From the NCBI GenBank assembly GCA_002269645.1, contig NIVC01000623.1, positions 62,001 through 126,000 of the forward strand: DNA of 64,000 nucleotides. Reading direction: 5' to 3'. A model generated the notes under the pieces. That model made no database searches. It was not told the DNA's origin and worked only from the letters and a program-made list of their open reading frames with translations. This document shows, one piece after another, positions 58,005 to 64,000 of this stretch (its first letter is position 1; the number at the start of each line of letters is the position of its first letter). The position numbers and the translations under genes are program-made. This DNA is from Macrostomum lignano (lineage: Eukaryota).

Positions 58005-61000
58005 CAGGGAGGTTTCGGGATTAGAGGACGTTTCCGGGATTAAAATGACTTTTTCGGGATTAGAATGAGTTTTCAGGATTGAGGGGAGTTTTCGGTATTG
58101 AGGGGAGTTTTGGAATTACATGTAAAGGGAGTTTTCGGGATGAGGGGGAGTTTTCGGGATGAGGGGGTGTTTTCGGTATTAAAGGGAGTTTTCGGGATTA
58201 AGGGGAGTTTTCGGGACAAGGGGGAGTTTTCGGGATGAGGGGAGTTTTGGAATTACATGTAAAGGGAGTTTTCGGGATGAGGGGGAGTTTTCGGGATTGA
58301 TTGGAGTTTTCGGTATTGATTGGAGTTTTCGGGATGAGGGGAGTTTTCGGGATTGAGGAGAGTTTTCGGGATGAGGGGAGTTTTCGGGATTGAGGGGAGT
58401 TTTCGGGATGAGGGGAGTTTTCGGGATTGAGGGGAGTTTTCGGGATGAGGGGGAGTTATCGGGATGAGGGGAGTTTTGGGGATGAGGGGGGGTTTTCGGT
58501 ATTAAAGGGAGTTTTCGGGTTTGAGGGGAGTTTTCTGGATGAGGGGAGTTTTCGGGTTTGAGGGGAGTTTTCGGGATGAGGGGAGTTTTCGGGATGAGGG
58601 GAGTTTTCGGGATGAGGGGAGTTTTCGGGATTGAGGGGAGTTTTCGGGATTGAGGGGAGTTTTCGGGATGAGGGGAGTTTTCGGGATGAGGGGGTGTTTT
58701 CGGTATTAAAGGGAGTTTTCGGGATTAAGGGGAGGTTTCGGGACAAGGGGGAGTTTTCGGGATGAGGGGAGTTTTGGAATTACATGTAAAGGGAGTTTTC
58801 GGGATGAGGGGGAGTTTTCGGGATTGATTGGAGTTTTCGGTATTGATTGGAGTTTTCGGGATGAGGGGAGTTTTCGGTATTAAAGAGAGTTTTCGGGATT
58901 GAGGGGAGTTTTCGGTATTAAAGAGAGTTTTCGGGATTGAGGGGAGTTTTCGGGATTGAGGGGAGTTTTCGGGATGAGGGGAGTTTTCGGGATGAGGGGA
59001 GTTTTCGGGATTGAGGGGAGTTTTCGGGATTGAGGGGAGTTTTGGGGATGAGGGGGAGTTTTCGGTATTAAAGGGAGTTTTCGGGTTTGAGGGGGGTTTT
59101 CGGGATTGAGAGGAGTTTTCGGGATGAGGGGAGTTTTCGGGATGAGGGGGAGTTTTCGGGATTGAGGGGAGTTTTCGGGATTGAGGGGCGTTTTCGGGAT
59201 GAGGGGAGTTTTCGGGATGAGGGGGAGTTTTCGGGATTGAGGGGAGTTTTCGGGATTGAGGGGAGTTTTCGGGATGAGGGGGAGTTATCGGGATGAGGGG
59301 AGTTTTGGGGATGAGGGGAGTTTTCGGGATGAGGAGAGTTTTCGGGATGAGGGGGAGTTTTCGGGATGAGGGGGAGTTTTCGGGATGAGGGGAGTTTTCG
59401 GGATTGAGGGGAGTTTTCGGGATTGAGGGGAGTTTTCGGGATGAGGGGAGTTTTCGGGATGAGGGGGTGTTTTCGGTATTAAAGGGAGTTTTCGGGATTA
59501 AGGGGAGTTTTCGGGACAAGGGGGAGTTTTCGGGATGAGGGGAGTTTTGGAATTACATGTAAAGGGAGTTTTCGGGATGAGGGGAGTTTTCGGGATTGAT
59601 TGGAGTTTTCGGTATTGATTGGAGTTTTCGGGATGAGGGGAGTTTTCGGGATGAGGGGAGTTTTCGGGATGACGGGGAGTTTTCGGTATTAAAGAGAGTT
59701 TTCGGGATTGAGGGGAGTTTTCGGTATTAAAGAGAGTTTTCGGGATTGAGGGGAGTTTTCGGGATTGAGGGGAGTTTTCGGGATGACGGGGAGTTTTCGG
59801 GATGAGGGGAGTTTTCGGGATTAAGGGGAGTTTTCGGGATGAGGGGAGTTTTGGGGATGAGGGGGAGTTTTCGGTATTAAAGGGAGTTTTCGGGTTTGAG
59901 GGGGGTTTTCGGGATGAGGGGAGTTTTCGGGATGAGGGGAGTTTTCGGGATTGAGGGGAGTTTTGGGGATGAGGGGGAGTTTTCGGTATTAAAGGGAGTT
60001 TTCGGGTTTGAGGGGGGTTTTCGGGATTGAGGGGAGTTTTCGGTATTGATTGGAGTTTTCGGGATGAGGGGGAGTTTTCGGGATTGAGGGGAGTTTTCGG
60101 GATTGAGGGGAGTTTTCGGGATGAGGGGAGTTTTCGGGATGAGGGGGAGTTTTCGGGATTGAGGGGAGTTTTCGGGATTGAGGGGAGTTTTCGGGATTGA
60201 GGGGAGTTTTCGGGATGAGGGGAGTTTTGGGGATGAGGGGAGTTTTCGGGATGAGGAGAGTTTTCGGGATGAGGGGGAGTTTTCGGGATGAGGGGGAGTT
60301 TTCGGGATGAGGGGAGTTTTCGGGATTGAGGGGAGTTTTCGGGATTGAGGGGAGTTTTCGGGATGAGGGGAGTTTTCGGGATGAGGGGTGTTTTCGGTAT
60401 TAAAGGGAGTTTTCGGGATTAAGGGGAGTTTTCGGGACAAGGGGGAGTTTTCGGGATGAGGGGAGTTTTGGAATTACATGTAAAGGGAGTTTTCGGGATG
60501 AGGGGAGTTTTCGGGATTGATTGGAGTTTTCGGTATTGATTGGAGTTTTCGGGATGAGGGGAGTTTTCGGGATTGATTGGAGTTTTCGGTATTGATTGGA
60601 GTTTTCGGGATGAGGGGAGTTTTCGGGATGAGGGGAGTTTTCGGGATTGAGGGGAGTTTTCGGGATGAGGGGAGTTTTCGGGATTGAGGGGAGTTTTCGG
60701 GATGAGGGGAGTTTTGGGGATGAGGGGGAGTTTTCGGTATTAAAGGGAGTTTTCGGGTTTGAGGGGGGTTTTCGGGATGAGGGGAGTTTTCGGGATGAGG
60801 GGAGTTTTCGGGATGAGGGGAGTTTTCGGGATTGAGGGGAGTTTTGGGGATGAGGGGGAGTTTTCGGTATTAAAGGGAGTTTTCGGGTTTGAGGGGGGTT
60901 TTCGGGATTGAGGGGAGTTTTCGGTATTGATTGGAGTTTTCGGGATGAGGGGGAGTTTTCGGGATGAGGGGAGTTTTCGGGATGAGGGGAGTTTTCGGGA

Positions 61001-63113
61001 TGAGGGGGAGTTTTCGGGATTGAGGGGAGTTTTCGGGATTGAGGGGAGTTTTCGGGATGAGGGGGAGTTATCGGGATGAGGGGAGTTTTGGGGATGAGGG
61101 GAGTTTTCGGGATGAGGAGAGTTTTCGGGATGAGGGGGAGTTTTCGGGATGAGGGGAGTTTTCGGGATGAGGGGAGTTTTCGGGATTGAGGGGAGTTTTC
61201 GGGATTGAGGGGAGTTTTCGGGATGAGGGGAGTTTTCGGGATGAGGGGGTGTTTTCGGTATTAAAGGGAGTTTTCGGGATTAAGGGGAGTTTTCGGGACA
61301 AGGGGGAGTTTTCGGGATGAGGGGAGTTTTGGAATTACATGTAAAGGGAGTTTTCGGGATGAGGGGAGTTTTCGGGATTGATTGGAGTTTTCGGTATTGA
61401 TTGGAGTTTTCGGGATGAGGGGAGTTTTCGGGATTGATTGGAGTTTTCGGTATTGATTGGAGTTTTCGGGATGAGGGGAGTTTTCGGGATGAGGGGAGTT
61501 TTCGGGATGACGGGGAGTTTTTGGTATTAAAGAGAGTTTTCGGGATTGAGGGGAGTTTTCGGTATTAAAGAGAGTTTTCGGGATTGAGGGGAGTTTTCGG
61601 GATTGAGGGGAGTTTTCGGGATGAGGAGAGTTTTCGGGATGAGGGGGAGTTTTCGGGATGAGGGGGAGTTTTCGGGATGAGGGGAGTTTTCGGGATTGAG
61701 GGGAGTTTTCGGGATTGAGGGGAGTTTTCGGGATAAGGGGAGTTTTCGGGATGAGGGGGTGTTTTCGGTATTAAAGGGAGTTTTCGGGATTAAGGGGAGT
61801 TTTCGGGACAAGGGGGAGTTTTCGGGATGAGGGGAGTTTTGGAATTACATGTAAAGGGAGTTTTCGGGATGAGGGGAGTTTTCGGGATTGATTGGAGTTT
61901 TCGGTATTGATTGGAGTTTTCGGGATGAGGGGAGTTTTCGGGATTGATTGGAGTTTTCGGTATTGATTGGAGTTTTCGGGATGAGGGGAGTTTTCGGGAT
62001 GAGGGGAGTTTTCGGGATGACGGGGAGTTTTTGGTATTAAAGAGAGTTTTCGGGATTGAGGGGAGTTTTCGGTATTAAAGAGAGTTTTCGGGATTGAGGG
62101 GAGTTTTCGGGATTGAGGGGAGTTTTCGGGATGACGGGGAGTTTTCGGGATGAGGGGAGTTTTCGGGATTGAGGGGAGTTTTCGGGATGAGGGGAGTTTT
62201 GGGGATGAGGGGGAGTTTTCGGTATTAAAGGGAGTTTTCGGGTTTGAGGGGGGTTTTCGGGATGAGGGGAGTTTTCGGGATGAGGGGAGTTTTCGGGATG
62301 AGGGGGAGTTTTCGGGATTGAGGGGAGTTTTCGGGATGAGGGGAGTTTTCGGGATGACGGGGAGTTTTCGGGATGAGGGGAGTTTTCGGGATTGAGGGGA
62401 GTTTTCGGGATGAGGGGAGTTTTGGGGATGAGGGGGAGTTTTCGGTATTAAAGGGAGTTTTCGGGTTTGAGGGGGGTTTTCGGGATGAGGGGAGTTTTCG
62501 GGATGAGGGGAGTTTTCGGGATGAGGGGGAGTTTTCGGGATTGAGGGGAGTTTTCGGGATGAGGGGAGTTTTCGGGATGAGGGGAGTTTTCGGGATGAGG
62601 GGGAGTTTTCGGGATTGAGGGGAGTTTTCGGGATTGAGGGGAGTTTTCGGGATGAGGGGGAGTTATCGGGATGAGGAGAGTTTTCGGGATGAGGGGAGTT
62701 TTCGGGATGAGGGGAGTTTTCGGGATGAGGGGAGTTTTCGGGATGAGGGGAGTTTTCGGGATTGAGGGGAGTTTTCGGGATTGAGGGGAGTTTTCGGGAT
62801 GAGGGGGAGTTTTCAGTATTAAAGGGAGTTTTCGGGATGAGGGGAGTTTTCGGGATGAGGGGGAGTTTTCGGGATGAGGGGAGTTTTCGGGATTGAGGGG
62901 AGTTTTCGGGATTGAGGGGAGTTTTCGGGATGAGGGGGAGTTTTCAGTATTAAAGGGAGTTTTCTGGATGAGGGGGAGTTATCGTGATGAGGGGAGTTTT
63001 GGGGATGAGGGGAGTTTTCGGGATGAGGGGAGTTTTCGGGATGAGGGGGAGTTTTCGGGATTGAGGGGAGTTTTCGGGATGAGGGGAGTTTTCGGGATGA
63101 GGGGAGTTTTCGA
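58005..63113. repeat. 5.1-kb G-rich satellite, 18-19-bp monomer (GGGATGAGGGGAGTTTTC), with higher-order structure
   Basis: Marker GGAATTACATGTAAAGGGAG at about 58112, 58249, 58776, 59549, 60470, 61331 and 61841. Confidence 0.97.
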
Positions 63114-63519
63114 GAAGAGATTTGATTAGAATTTGTCTATTGTTATTTTTGATACTACATTGGAATTCGGATCTTTTAAAAGCCTCAGTCAGATCAGTGC
63201 TGCGGCAGCTGGATCTGCTGCATGTTGGAAAACGGCAATTGCTTGTGCTCAGCGTGGAGACAGTAGCACACCTCTCTTCGAATACAATTGGTTCTATGCA
63301 AGCCTTTTACCCTGAACCCGTCAGTTCAAAATGCGTCAGTTCATGCATTTTCGCTTTGTCTCCTCTCTGCCTTCCCTGCTCGGGATTTTCTGCTTTTTTG
63401 TTTTAATTCACTCACTGTTTCGCATTCCGCAGGGTGGCAGTTGCCGAGGCAGACTGGGTTGAATGATAATATTGTGCTACAGATTCTGCGATACAGACTC
63501 TCAATCATAGACACCCCAG

Positions 63520-64000
63520 TAAACCCCCAGACTACCCAGTCTACTCCAGACTCCCCAGTCTACTCCAGACTCCCCAGTCTACCTCAGACTCCCCAATCTA
63601 CCCCAGACTCACTAATCCACCTCACAAACACACCAATCTACTTCAAAGACACTTGAATCTACCCCAGACTCCTTAATCTACATGCATCTTAAGACACTCA
63701 ATCTACCCCATAGATACCCTAGTCTATCAGATACCCCAGTCTACCCCACATACACCCCAATCTACCCCACAGACACCCCAATCTACCCCACAAACACCCC
63801 AATCTACCCCATAGATACCCCAGTCTACCCCATAGATACCCCAGTCTACCCCACAGACACCCCAATCTACCCCATAGATACCCCAGTCTACCCCACAGAC
63901 ACCCCAATCTACCCCACAGACACCCCAATCTACCCCATAGATACCCCAGTCTACCCCATAGATACCCCAGTCTACCCCATAGATACCCCAGTCTACCCCA
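63520..64000. repeat. 21-bp minisatellite (AGATACCCCAGTCTACCCCAT), runs off the window end
   Basis: Direct periodicity. Confidence 0.92.

Noticed and set aside
53167-62618. Long low-complexity ORFs (Pro/Ser/His-rich 335-338 aa; SRKLP/ENSP repeats)
   Set aside because: They are translations of minisatellites, open in several frames and both strands; the same applies to ORFs at 117-615, 9898, 11461-12139, 22919, 25751, 26863-27603, 34547-35053, 37107, 49021-50137, 55517, 56960-57392 and 63719
63416-63476. Possible extra 5' RhoGEF exon beyond the satellite (minus-strand TAG acceptor, GTGAGT donor)
   Set aside because: No homology, and an equally good plus-strand acceptor overlaps it; unresolvable without RNA data
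1-64000. SL RNA, snRNA, snoRNA or rRNA genes
   Set aside because: No recognisable sequence was found by eye; an Infernal/Rfam scan would be needed to exclude them

Overview
Eukaryotic (metazoan invertebrate) genomic DNA with spliceosomal introns and no prokaryotic features or CRISPR. Introns packed with minisatellites, GC-rich exons and intronless ribosomal-protein genes resemble a free-living flatworm such as Macrostomum (inference only). Left to right: the 5' part of a PKA catalytic subunit gene (- strand, several alternative first exons); two degenerate RTE-like LINE reverse-transcriptase relics; a 12-exon Rictor gene (+, about 1435 aa); six more co-oriented + strand genes (RPL11, RPL11, OSCP1, RPL27, UBE2C, RPL27); a convergent 10-exon PLEKHG5/7-like DH-PH RhoGEF (-); and a 5-kb G-rich higher-order satellite. 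Rictor intron 1 holds a 594-bp MITE (8-bp TSD) and a very young 1.9-kb DNA transposon. The transposon has apparently perfect 302-bp TIRs starting CACAG, a 4-bp TSD and a RAG1/Transib/Chapaev-type DDE core interrupted by one extra A. The most interesting leads are this transposon, a possible SL-trans-spliced operon (best case RPL27-UBE2C), duplicated RP genes that are identical only across the CDS, a 10-aa eL27 insertion, a CCAAT/E-box foldback before RPL11 copy 2, a CORE-like SINE, and a minisatellite made of splice donors. All exon models and alignments were read by eye; no searches were run.
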